From contig MU004193.1 in NCBI GenBank assembly GCA_010093605.1, forward strand, positions 62,001-126,000: 64,000 bases of DNA. The letters run 5' to 3'. The translations under genes were made by a program, and so were the position numbers. Positions 48,330-58,899 of the stretch are shown here, piece after piece. This DNA comes from Lophium mytilinum. Its lineage: Eukaryota. The notes beneath the pieces are model-generated. The model saw only the letters and a list, made by a program, of their open reading frames with translations, was not told where the DNA came from and searched no databases. How positions within the stretch are numbered: position 1 is the first letter of the stretch; each line of letters starts with the position of its first letter.

Positions 48330-49181
48330 ATGTCCGACCCATATTCCATTCTCGGCGTTGCACAGGATGCAGACTACGACACTATCAAGAAGGCCCACCA
48401 TGGGCTCTGCATGGAATTTTACAGCAACGCGCGGAACCCTGCCCTCCGTGTGGTAGCCCATGATAAGTTCAAGCGGGTACAGGAGGCTTGGAAGGTAGTT
48501 TCTAATACCTATACACGTGCCGAACTCGATCAATCTTTACGGCCTCCTGAGAAGATGGACGCGGCTTCAAAGACCGAACACCCGTACAATCTTCGTTCTG
48601 TTGCGAAAGCTACTCTCAGCTTCAATGCTGGGCTCGCTCCCAACGTTCAAACTGCCCAGACCATTGGCCCTGCTCCATCGGCTGCTCAGAAGGCCCCTGA
48701 AAACTGGGAGATTGCTAAAAAGGCACGCGAAGAAGCCTGCACTAAGCTTCACACCGGGATCAAACAGTACGAGGAGGCTACAGACCTCATTCCGACGGAC
48801 TATCCAGGTCACCCTGACATCCACCGCTCCAAGCCTTCGGCCGAGCGTGCCAAGGCTGTTTCGCAGGCTTACAGTAAGGCCTCGAAACTGGCTACGGCTG
48901 CATACACGGACATCCGTCTGGCGAAGTCTGGACTTGGAGGAGCTCTGGAGCTTTTAGAGCAGGCAAAGGATGGGATGCTCTCAGGGCTAATCTCAGCATC
49001 TCATCTCAACGAGTGTAAGGAGATGATCATTCACCTCCGAATTCACGATACTGAGGCTACGGAGTACATGGCGATGAGCAATGCTGACTCTAGGAAGTTC
49101 CACGTGCTCGCAATGGCGTGGCTTGCTGAGGCGGATGTTCTCGAGAATGGAGGGCGGGACGATGGCGAGGATGAGTTGTAG
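48330..49181 (+). CDS. J-family paralog J4 (degenerate J-domain lacking HPD)
   Basis: MSDPYSILGVAQDADYDTIKKAHHGLCMEFYSNA...KFKRVQEAWKVVS...RAELD; then IPTDYPGHPD...FHVLAMAW. TATATAAA at ~48179. Confidence 0.85.
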   Translation: MSDPYSILGVAQDADYDTIKKAHHGLCMEFYSNARNPALRVVAHDKFKRVQEAWKVVSNTYTRAELDQSLRPPEKMDAASKTEHPYNLRSVAKATLSFNAGLAPNVQTAQTIGPAPSAAQKAPENWEIAKKAREEACTKLHTGIKQYEEATDLIPTDYPGHPDIHRSKPSAERAKAVSQAYSKASKLATAAYTDIRLAKSGLGGALELLEQAKDGMLSGLISASHLNECKEMIIHLRIHDTEATEYMAMSNADSRKFHVLAMAWLAEADVLENGGRDDGEDEL

Positions 49182-50063
49182 GTTCACGGATTGAACCTCG
49201 CGTCTAATGGATTTCTTCTAGCTGGACAAGACCCATAAATGGGTTTGATGCTAAGCCTCGCGTTGCTGTAACTGGCGTAGGCGCTCTTGAAATTTAGGTT
49301 GCACTTACGATTTGGCTGCGTTCTGTTCCGGATCACTAGCTTACAATGTTAGAGCTCGACAAGAGAGGCCCACCTTTGACATTGGATAAACGACCCCCCT
49401 GATATTGGAATAGTATAGCTCTGCTGATTATGAGAAATACTGGTAGCCAGTCTAACTACTATAATGTATCTGACGACACATGTTCTCTTGTACCCACTTC
49501 GCCTCTTCACCTGCATTATATCAAAAGGGACTTTGCTTCTCTACGTTTACACACTCACTGTGCACCCTTTAGCGGTTCTTGTTATAACCCCATCACAAAT
49601 GCACACTCTTTGTGCGTTCCAATCTTGGACTTGCCCAACTGATTTCCCGTGCTGGAGATGTTACACTGGGGCTTGTGGAAGTAGCAAGCGCCCAGTTCTT
49701 GGCCTTGGAGACTGGATCAAATGCCCAATGAAGTCACGTGACCGTGTTAGAAATCATGGTAGTAATTTCGAGCTCGCTCAAATTCTAAACGTCCTGATAA
49801 GTAGGAGTAGATAGCAAACGGTTCAATATACTTCTTTGTCCAGATAAGAGGGAAACAGACGTGTTTTATAAAGAGGTTCTTAATAAGTATAGCCCTTCAC
49901 CTAATTTCTCTACGCTAAGCTAATTTCAGATCCGCACTTCCTTTTCTAGCTCGTCTTGGCACACTATCTGCAGCTCCTATAGCTACCTGGTCACATTCGT
50001 TCTCTGTTGCCATCGTAGTCACGCCTCTTGCAACTTCTACAGAGAATACACTCGCTCGTCAAT

Positions 50064-50660
50064 ATGACGAACCCGTCCATCCTATCAAAACCTCTCCAAC
50101 ACACTCCCCATGAGGCCATCGAGAGCCCTCCCCACCCCAAACCAACCAACTCATCCGCTCCGCCTTCCCCACAAGCCGCCCTCCAAACCATGCAAAAAGC
50201 CGCCACAACCTACGCCACCGCCAGCCATCTCAACAACCTCGCCTTCCAGCACCTCCACAACGCGGACGCCCTCCTCCCCACCGACTACCCCGACCACCCC
50301 GACCTCCTCGAACCTAACGAGCTCCCCACACCTACCCGCGCGCTAGAGATCTCAGAGGCCTACCGCATCGCATCACGGTTCGCCACGAACGCGTCGGGGC
50401 GTTTTCGTATGGCGAAGGAGAGGTTTGAGGCGGCGAATATGCTGTTTGAAGAGGCGAGGGGGATGATAGTGGCTGCGGTTGCGGGGGTGGAGCTGGAGGA
50501 GGTGGAGGGTGTGGTTGAGGGGATGAGGATGCGGGGGGAGCCGGCAGGGGATCATGCCGGGACTACGAATGAGAGGGCGAGGGAGTGGCATGTTTTGGGG
50601 GTTGCGTGGTATGCGGAGGCTGTGGTGCGGGGGGCTGAGGAGAGGGGGGGCGGGTCCTGA
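50064..50660 (+). CDS. J-family paralog J5 (C-terminal domain only)
   Basis: LPTDYPDHPD...PTPTRALEISEAYRIAS...WHVLGVAW. Confidence 0.8.
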   Translation: MTNPSILSKPLQHTPHEAIESPPHPKPTNSSAPPSPQAALQTMQKAATTYATASHLNNLAFQHLHNADALLPTDYPDHPDLLEPNELPTPTRALEISEAYRIASRFATNASGRFRMAKERFEAANMLFEEARGMIVAAVAGVELEEVEGVVEGMRMRGEPAGDHAGTTNERAREWHVLGVAWYAEAVVRGAEERGGGS

Positions 50661-51339
50661 TGGTGTTGTGCGCTGGAATGAGGATTGGTGGCGATGTGGG
50701 ACAGATTGATGCTGGGGAGGAGAGGGGGGTGGAGGATGGGAGACTATCTTGGACGGTGATGGCTTTCATGGGGAAATGCATGAGGTGACCGCGTGCGGGT
50801 TAGTTTGAAAGTCTTCACGTGCGACGGCCACAAGGGGATAGAGCGAGAAGTGCGGAGGTCAGTCTAATGGGGTGCACGTGTCACGGTGTTACTGGGCAGG
50901 ACGCAGGTAGGAGCTGTAGAGGTCAGTTCAGGGTGGGAGAAGACAGAGGAAAGGACTTGAAGACGAGAATGACATACCTGGATGGAATGAAATCGCCTAG
51001 TCAGACATGGTGAGTACATAATGCGAGCGTGTCAAACGCAAGGGGATTAGTTTCTCGAACGGTGGGCTTGAATGCACATATGTACAAAACACGAGAGCCA
51101 GATAGAGGTCAAACCTGATGCAAGTATAGGCAATAGGACGGCGGACAAGTTCAATGGCGATGCTGAGACGCTGAAGCACGATAACGGGAGTAACAAATAT
51201 GATTTCGGGATAGGGGTTTGATTGGGGAGGAGTCCAGGTATGCGTCAAGCGGCTTACTAAATAGCTAAGAATACAAAGGTATCGTGAAACAGATGATCAT
51301 GTACTACTGAAGCTTTTCTCAAATTCGATAGCAAGACGC

Positions 51340-51418
51340 GGCAAGAAGTTGCAAGAAGCGGCAAGAAACTGCAAAAATGGCAAGAAGTTGCAAGAGAGAG
51401 CAAGGGATGGCAAGAGAA
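51340..51418. repeat. degenerate 10-bp minisatellite (GCAAGAAGTT-like, ~8 units)
   Basis: gcaagaagtt gcaagaagcg gcaagaaact gcaaaaatg gcaagaagtt gcaagagaga gcaagggatg gcaagag. Confidence 0.8.
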
Positions 51419-51464
51419 ATCAAGTCATCAAGCATGAGCCTACGAGGAATGTAGGCCGAACTTA

Positions 51465-51749
51465 CTAATGCTCTTGGTAATTCACCTTCTCTCGACAAGG
51501 GCGAAGCCGTGGCTTCCAGATATTCTCGTCTGGGATATCCTCTGGTAGCACCTTCCGAAGCCTAGCCGGAGGTTTGAACTCGACAAGGCCATCCTCACTG
51601 TCCCCCTGAATCCGAGCACGGATTGTACGAGCACGGCGTCGAGGACGACGTCGAGGACGACGTCGAGGCACCGGTGTTCCAGGCAGTCGAAGACTGCTTG
51701 GCCGTGGAGTGATGCGGGGTCGAGACACTGGCGTGACGATACGGGACAT
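51465..51749 (-). CDS. orphan family D, copy 1: small Arg/Pro-rich basic protein (94 aa)
   Basis: PRRRPRRRPRRRAR. C-terminus LPEDIPDENIWKPRLRPCREKVNYQEH aligns with copy 2. TATATAA at ~51900-51906 on the minus strand. Confidence 0.7.
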   Translation of the reverse strand: MSRIVTPVSRPRITPRPSSLRLPGTPVPRRRPRRRPRRRARTIRARIQGDSEDGLVEFKPPARLRKVLPEDIPDENIWKPRLRPCREKVNYQEH

Positions 51750-52304
51750 GATTTGTCTGTAGAGTGGTTGGAGGTGCTGCTCTGAGGGTATCTTCGACAC
51801 CTGTGGTTCCAAGAATTGAACTACCAGCTTTTTGGGTTTTCTGGAACTTTGGGTATCAAGGATGATGTGGTGGAGTTGGAAAATCGCGCGAATAGAGAGT
51901 TATATACTCTTTAAGATAAGTTATGTAAGGGTACGAAGTCTACGATGAATATAGAATGTGAGTTGTGAGTATACAATGGGGGTGGATAATTCAAGAATAC
52001 GTAGTGACATAATGCAAGGGATACTAAGTTGCTTTCTTATAAATCGGTAGGATAGTACATACAGAGTTCTGCTCATGCAAGACGTGCACATCAAAAGCTT
52101 TAGTAACAAAAGAAGTATGAAATTGGGGGAAATATATCAATTGAGTGAGTCAAGGCACGCATCAAGCGGCCAAAGCAAATTCTAACAAGGTAATGGATCG
52201 CGAAACGAGAGAACTCCACCCATTTGCACAACCAAATTCAAGGAAATTGACTTACCGTGAGCTCATGATCTCGTCATGACCGCGCGAGTGTGGATGCTCT
52301 CAAC

Positions 52305-52931
52305 CTACCAATTCTCGCGGTAGTTGACCCGTCGCGTACGGGTTCGAAGGGTAGGTTTCCAGACATCTTCTTCTGGAACATCCTCTTCGAGCATCTCCTC
52401 CAGCTCGACCGAAGGCTCGAAATCGGCGAAGTCATCTTCGCTTTCTTCCACGTCCACGAAGCCTCCGTCTTCGGAGTACTTCGCGTTCGCTTCCGGGTCA
52501 TCTTCATCGTACCGGCTGTCGTCGGTATCGTAGCCCAGATCATCGGCGTTGTTGTGTTCGATTTGGTCTAGAAGACCATCGACCTCTCCAAGGTCGGCAT
52601 CTGGGTTGGAGTCATCATCGTCCATCTCATCTAGGATGAACAGTGCATGACCATCGTCTTGCTCCTCTGACTCAGTAGCCATAGTACTATCATTGTCACT
52701 ATAGCTTTCGCCAGAGGTTTCAGAGCCGCTGCTGCTGCTACCGCTGGTGCTGTTACTCACAGCATCCATGATCTGGCCCGTACAGGCCTCTTTCGCCACC
52801 TGATCTATCCAGGCATAGATCCTAGAGAATCGGCGTCGATGGTCCACCTTGCGAGGGGTGTGTCGTATGATTCCTCGGCGTGATATGCTGAGGGATGACG
52901 AGGAAGCCTTGGTGATGCCGTGTCGAACCAT
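52305..52931 (-). CDS. orphan family D, copy 2: basic N-terminus, long acidic tract
   Basis: RRGIIRHTPRK N-terminus, D/E-rich middle, C-terminus LEEDVPEEDVWKPTLRTRTRRVNYRENW. Confidence 0.75.
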   Translation of the reverse strand: MVRHGITKASSSSLSISRRGIIRHTPRKVDHRRRFSRIYAWIDQVAKEACTGQIMDAVSNSTSGSSSSGSETSGESYSDNDSTMATESEEQDDGHALFILDEMDDDDSNPDADLGEVDGLLDQIEHNNADDLGYDTDDSRYDEDDPEANAKYSEDGGFVDVEESEDDFADFEPSVELEEMLEEDVPEEDVWKPTLRTRTRRVNYRENW

Positions 52932-53384
52932 TTTGGGAGGCTGATAAGCTTGAATGTTCCGAAGTGGGACTATCTTTTGCAAACTGGTACTGTTAAGGCA
53001 ACAGTATGTGTTGAAAGTTTGGAACTGGTGAGGAGCGGAAGCGATGCGAATCAAAGAGAGTTAAATACTGATTAAGACGAGGCATGTACGGGTACAGTGA
53101 CTATACAATGGGCGAATTGGATATACAATGTGGCTCTCATGGGAAACGGAGTGAGTCTCGTAAGTGTATAATGACCTTAAGATAGTCGATCTGAAGATAC
53201 AACATAGATTCAACCTAGGAAACTAGAGGAAATGTCGACAAGGAGTGTTGAAATTATATTCGAAAGTTTGAGGGACACGAAAGATTTTCGAATTGCAAAC
53301 AGGAAGCAAAGACGTACAGACTGGAAGAGGATACCGATTTTGGGAGAGCCAAGACAAGCATTGCGCGGCCGACTCGTTGGTTGA

Positions 53385-53813
53385 GAACAGCTGAGGTATC
53401 CAAGATCATCGACTTTACGATGTTGTAGCATATTCGAGAGGTCATCAACTCCCCCCCCTGATCCGGGTCTGTATCTTCGTCTTCGTCGTCTGTTTCGTCG
53501 AGGAGCTCCGGCGCGTGAAGAACCCAACCCAAAACTCAGATTTGACGAAAGTTGTCGAGCTGGGTGGCTCGTTCATCGCCGCTGTCGCTGCCGCCGCTAT
53601 CATCGGATGAGTCGGTCAACCGAATAGCGTTACGGGCGGCGGAGGCTTCATCGTGCTTCAATGAGCCCTATGCACCAGCATTTCAGTATCTTCACGCTCT
53701 AGCTTGTCTGTGATCGATGCGACGGCCTCTTTATTGCTAGCGAGTTTGCGACGTGGAGACATGATTGATGTCTTGATGATACCGCGGCGAACATCTCGAG
53801 ATTGGGCCGTCAT
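53385..53813 (-). pseudogene. orphan family D, copy 3 (frameshifted, truncated)
   Basis: VRRGIIKTS..PRRK, then in other frames HAPELLDETDDEDEDTDPDQG and VDDLSNMLQHRKVDDLGY, matching copy 2 (HALFILDEMDDDDSNPDADLGEVDGLLDQIEHNNADDLGY). Confidence 0.7.
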
Positions 53814-54759
53814 TCTCGGGTGTTCGAAGTCTCGGAAAGCGCTCTGTGGGTGCAGTTTCGGACCTGAAGTTTTCCACGGGCTCGAACTTGTGGCTGTCCG
53901 TAGGTTCAATATTCTGCTTGCAAGGAAACGAGTAGAGCGACTAAAGGCAAGCTGAGTTCTTACTCTGAAAACGTAGCAAATTGACTGCACAGTGACGATT
54001 GAACTTAAACAACGCACGCTGAGGCTGGCAAACGAGGCCTCCGAGTCATGGCCACCGCAACGGAATCTCACAATGTTGAAACGTAAAGTCAGAATCTCTC
54101 ATGGGGTATTCATTGCTCTTGATATAGGCTATATCTCTAGCTTGTCTCAGACACCCTTTTGTCACTTGCTCGCCTTTCTTTCACGCTCAAAGGCGCACAT
54201 CGAACATCCATACTCGCGCTCTGGTAGAGACAGACTGGCTTCCTCCTCCTTGACAAACCGCGCTCCTTTGAGATCGTGAAAGGATGAAAGTCTTTGCGCG
54301 AACAAACGCTGAGATGTTGGATCGTATTAGCTCCGCCAGTTCATAAGAGGGTATGTGTTTACATATCTCAAGGCAGCAGATAGCCAAGACGTAGGTCGTC
54401 CTGCTATTTCGGATTCCCCGGATCAGAACGGTACCATCCATCCTCCCCCACCCTGAGATCTCAGCAGAGGTTCCCAGTAAACGGCTGTTTTTCGACAGCG
54501 TCTTCATATTCGCAATCACTTTCTTCAAACTCGCTGTCACCTATAGTCCACTTCTCCATATTCGCAATCACTTTCTTCCTCTCAATCAACTTCTCCGCAT
54601 CCGTTCTTCAGGTGTTGGGACAAGTCGTCCCTAGATAGGAAGGGGGTCAAGCAAATACAACATGTTCTTCCGCACTTGAGCTCTAGGTGTCGGAACAAGT
54701 CGTCTTTAGACTAGAAGATCGCCCAGCAAACACGACAGGTCCATTTACAGTTGTTCCTG

Positions 54760-55859
54760 AGATATCGGAACATGGCGCTTCTAGATGGAAAGCTTTTCTT
54801 GCATTTTCGACAGGTGTTCTCAGGCTCGAGGACTTCCGCCTTCCTCTCTACCCTCCTCTTCTTCCTCTTTCATGCCCTCATTCTTGAAATTAGACATCCA
54901 CCAGGTTAGATCAAGATCCCTTGCAACATGTGGGTGGCTCCTACAGCCTTCCCCACTCGTGCGGCAGCAAGACCACCGATAACGACTCGGCCTGTAGCCA
55001 TCGGGAGCCTGTCGTGCGTCTATCCAGCCATCGCGGCAGCAGTGCGCTGCAGGATTAACTGGAGCGTTCGTGCTTTCCCGACTTCGTCTAGCTCCGGGGG
55101 ATGTTGCTCTGCATCCTTGAAAGCCTCCAGAAGGGCGTTTCTTCCTGGCTTATCGAATTCATAGAAGCTACTTCACTCGAAGTATACCGACCACTGGTTA
55201 CAGTGCGGCACTCTCGAGATGCCTGTGAGAAACTTTCCTCAGTCTCGAGGGTCGATAGATTGATCGATGCCTCTATGGCCAGAGCTTCGGCAAGTTGGTA
55301 GGAGCCCTTGGTCCTCTTGTTAAGCTTTGCAATCCATTGTGGAAAGTAGTCGATTTCGCGGAGATACACTGTCCAGAACACGCGGGGGTTGCCGAGCGCT
55401 CTGCATCGTCCAGAATGTGATGTGTGTTCCGCGTGAGGGGTGGGCTGCCTCCCTGGTAGCTCGCAATTACATTTCCTACCCATGTTCGCGTGCCAATACA
55501 TGAGGGCCGCCTCCTGCTCTGCAGGCCAGAGGCGACCTGGAGTTGGAATATCTCCTGACCACGTGAGCCAAGGTGCACGGCCAGCTCCTCCCCGAAAGTG
55601 ATCGCTTCGTTGGCGACAGCCACGAGCGAGAGTCTCCCCATCAAGGGAGGGGACGTTCACTGGCTCCTCCTAAGCACCATTGGTTAAGAAGTTGAGAAAT
55701 GAATGCTAGTTTTCCTATGACTTCTCCAGCTGCCAGTTGAAAGTGGGCGCTGGAGTCAGGATATATGGCCTTGAGATGTTGCACCTCTCTATCCAGAGAT
55801 GCATGTGCAGAAATGCACATCTCACGGGCCCGAATAAGCCCTGTCACGTCTAGCCTCAT
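54760..55859 (-). pseudogene. possible decayed orphan gene (overlapping coding-like fragments)
   Basis: TATATA at ~55921-55928 precedes ATG 55859. ORFs 55641-55859, 55273-55644 and 55088-55660 abut in shifting frames. No family recognised. Confidence 0.3.
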
Positions 55860-57461
55860 CTCCGTGTGGGCCGAGTTGGCAGCAAGATGCTGCGGTCTTG
55901 GAGAAGGGGTTCCAGGACGTTATATATAAGGTTTTCAAGTTGGTGATATATAGTAGTGTGGGACACTTCAAATAGGTTCCCAAGCCTAGAGGTTTTCCGG
56001 ATTTCCGACTTGAAGTCGTTCTGCCTTGGGCGACTCCTTGCGAATAATCGAACCGGAAGTTGGGGAGAGGGACGAGGAATGCGACCAAAATACCACCGGA
56101 ATTGTTGGAATTCGATCCTTTCCGCCTGTCAATGTTGCTATTGTTTATTTCCATTATACTAGAATCTGGATGCTGCTCCCTAGTTCTAGGAGTCGCAAGA
56201 AATACAATTTCGCGATTCGGCATTGACCTGGTTGTAGGAGCCATGAGTGCGAACTGCGCTCTGGGCGAAAGAATATACCGCGTGAACTGTGAGGACACGA
56301 CATAACTTTAAGCGGATTCCATTTGAATTGCTGCTGGTTATGGGTGATTATTGGACCGTGGAGGGGCGTAGCGTGGGATTCCAACCGAAGCTCCGCCTCT
56401 TGACCGGTCATGAAGTGCGCCTCTACTTCGTTCTCACTTCCCACTGTTACTGGAGGAACAGCTTCTACTCCCAGTTGTGTAGGCTGTAATGACGAACGCC
56501 ATAACAGTTTCGAGTCCTCTCCTCAAAATAAACGACGCACTCCACCAGATCCGTGAGGTTATAGACCTCATATGTCGGCCCATGGAGGCGTCGTAACTGG
56601 GTGCCGCTTTTGATCGCGGCGAGGGAGTGTCCTAGTACTCTAGGCAAGAAATTGCTCCCTTATGGTACCTCTACCTCAGCGTGAGGATGTTGGAGGTAAA
56701 GCCTGAATTTCCGGCAGGCGTTATATATATATAGATATATAGTTTTCGGGCGACTTTGAACGGGTTCCCAAGCCCGAAGGGGGTGCTCCGGAGTTCCACC
56801 TTAAAGACGTAATCAAGACTGGGAGGCACACAATGATAGCGGCAGAACCTTTCACCAGGATTGAAAATCACTTCTTTCTTCTAGAACCGATTAAAAACAT
56901 GTTTGAGAATGGATGAATGCATAATTGAAATTAAATAACGAAAACACGAGATAGAAGAACAAAAATAGAAACCAAAATCAAAAAATAAAAATAAGAAAAC
57001 AAACAAGTTTGAAGACTGATGCGGGTTTGAAACATGTTCGACGTATAATGAGAAGATAAATGAATATAAAACTAACCTCATTCAACGAGAACGGAGGCAG
57101 GCTAGCAGGTTGCAGCTTCCAGGAATTATGAGTTTCTTTGGGCTAGAATCGAATTAGAATATGTTTGATAGTGATGGAGAAGGGATTCTTACGTCCATAG
57201 TTGCGGTTGAAGTTGGATCTAGAATTGCTTCACATTGGACCAATTCCAAGGCACCTCCAGATAGCGTAATGCCAATTCATGACTTGGTACCAGTCGTCGC
57301 AGCATGGGCAAAGGGATAGACCGTTGTGTTTGGCCTTGCAAGGACAGTTAAAAGGTGAAAACCTGGTTCCGGGCGAGGCATAGCTAAAGGACTTAGTGAA
57401 GGCGTTCTGCGTACCCCATGAACTCCTCGGCGGAGAGGCTGCGGGCAGGCATTTTAGGGGT

Positions 57462-58067
57462 TCATCTTCTTGTTCCGCTATCATCCTTGGAATTTTGCAG
57501 GGACGTCCTGTCAACACCATAACTTCCAACACTATGACGTGCACCTTGAACCGTCGAGCGATTAAAAGGATGATTCTTGGAATCTGAATCTGGTGTATTC
57601 CGATGATCATTGTAAAGGTCATGAGTGGAAGAGGGCTGCTCTTGCGAGTCTTGACTCCCTCCCGGCGGCGACAGCGCTGGCGCCTGTATCGACTGCAGGG
57701 CTTGTCCGAGCGGAGGATCGTTGGCTAGCTGGTCTCTTAGATTAGTGCATGTTATCTGAAAGTTGGTGACGGGTGTGTACCTTCTACATCCTCCGCCGGG
57801 AGGCCCGTCTCTGCATGCATTTTGGTGCAAAGACGTCGTTGGCGGTTCGGTGCGGCGAGAAAGGGACGGATATAGGACCTTTCCAGACAGGGTAGTTTTC
57901 CCTGACTGCTGCTGGTCCAGATGATTCGGAACACCATTTCGCTTGAAAGCTTTCTGGTGTTCTCCATCCCCGTTTCGGTCGGAATGGCTGGGCCTTTCCA
58001 GACTGGGTTCTTCTCGGCTCTGACGCTCCATTTCGCACATGGCTTGGTGATGATCCAAGCTAGCCAT
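57462..58067 (-). CDS. hypothetical low-complexity protein overlapping a tandem duplication
   Basis: 201-aa ATG ORF. No recognisable domain. Confidence 0.3.
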   Translation of the reverse strand: MASLDHHQAMCEMERQSREEPSLERPSHSDRNGDGEHQKAFKRNGVPNHLDQQQSGKTTLSGKVLYPSLSRRTEPPTTSLHQNACRDGPPGGGCRRYTPVTNFQITCTNLRDQLANDPPLGQALQSIQAPALSPPGGSQDSQEQPSSTHDLYNDHRNTPDSDSKNHPFNRSTVQGARHSVGSYGVDRTSLQNSKDDSGTRR

Positions 58068-58196
58068 TTCTAGCGTCGCGCGGCGAGGGAGGGACTGGAC
58101 CTAGGACCTTTCCAGACAGGGTAGTTTTCCCTGACTGCTGCTGGTCCAGATGATTCGGAACACCATTTCGCTTGAAAGCTTTCTGGCGTTCTCCAT
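57873..58196. repeat. direct repeat, 95 bp x2 (57873-57967; 58102-58196), inside a diverged ~230-bp tandem duplication
   Basis: taggacctttccagacagggtagttttccctgactgctgctggtccagatgattcgg...ctccat occurs twice, with one visible mismatch. Confidence 0.92.
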
Positions 58197-58899
58197 GCAC
58201 GTTTCAGTCGGTCGGCGACGGAACTTTGGAGACAGGGTTCTTCGCGAACCTGACGCCCCATTTCGGAGAGGGCTAGGTGATCCTACCCATCCTTTCTGGA
58301 GCGTTAGAGCGATTCTCCTAGCTCGTTGCATACTACCCGCAGTGTCAGCCCATGCGCTAGGGTGTATTGCATTTTAAATATACCGCTCTTTCGTTGCTCC
58401 ATCAAATGGCTCTCTGCGTTAATATAGAAATTGGGCACCGCCTTCTAGGTTTCTCTAACACTTTCGGTTAGTACGCGTTGGATGGGATTTTTAGAGAGCT
58501 TCATACCCGTTCCCAAATACAAAGAAGTCCACGCGGAGCGTTAGACTCGCATTTCTCCCTGCAAAGTCACTGGGGCTTTGTGCAAAAGTTGTAATGAAAT
58601 AGTCTCCTTTATCGATCAAGTTCAACAAAGACTGGCTAAATAGGAACGTTGTTATCTTCGGTATTAGGAAATCCTATAACGCGTTGCCGATACCGTCAAA
58701 TAGCAAGATCTCGGTCGCCCTGGATGTTTGCCTGTAGAGGACAGCAACCGTACCTAACGACCCCAACTCTAGCGAAGGGCTGGTATAGAGTAAGCCACTG
58801 TCGATTCGTAGCCTGTGCATACGGTGTTATCAGAATTATCAGACATAGTAGAGGCTGCTCTTGGTTATCTAACCGCAATGTTGGAGGAAAAAGGACAGA

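Noticed and set aside
54506..54578. 22-bp direct repeat catattcgcaatcactttcttc
   Set aside because: Isolated small duplication with no associated structure.
56881..57081. 66-aa hydrophobic ORF in an A-rich tract
   Set aside because: Low-complexity poly-A/T sequence translating to Phe-rich text; no evidence of a gene.
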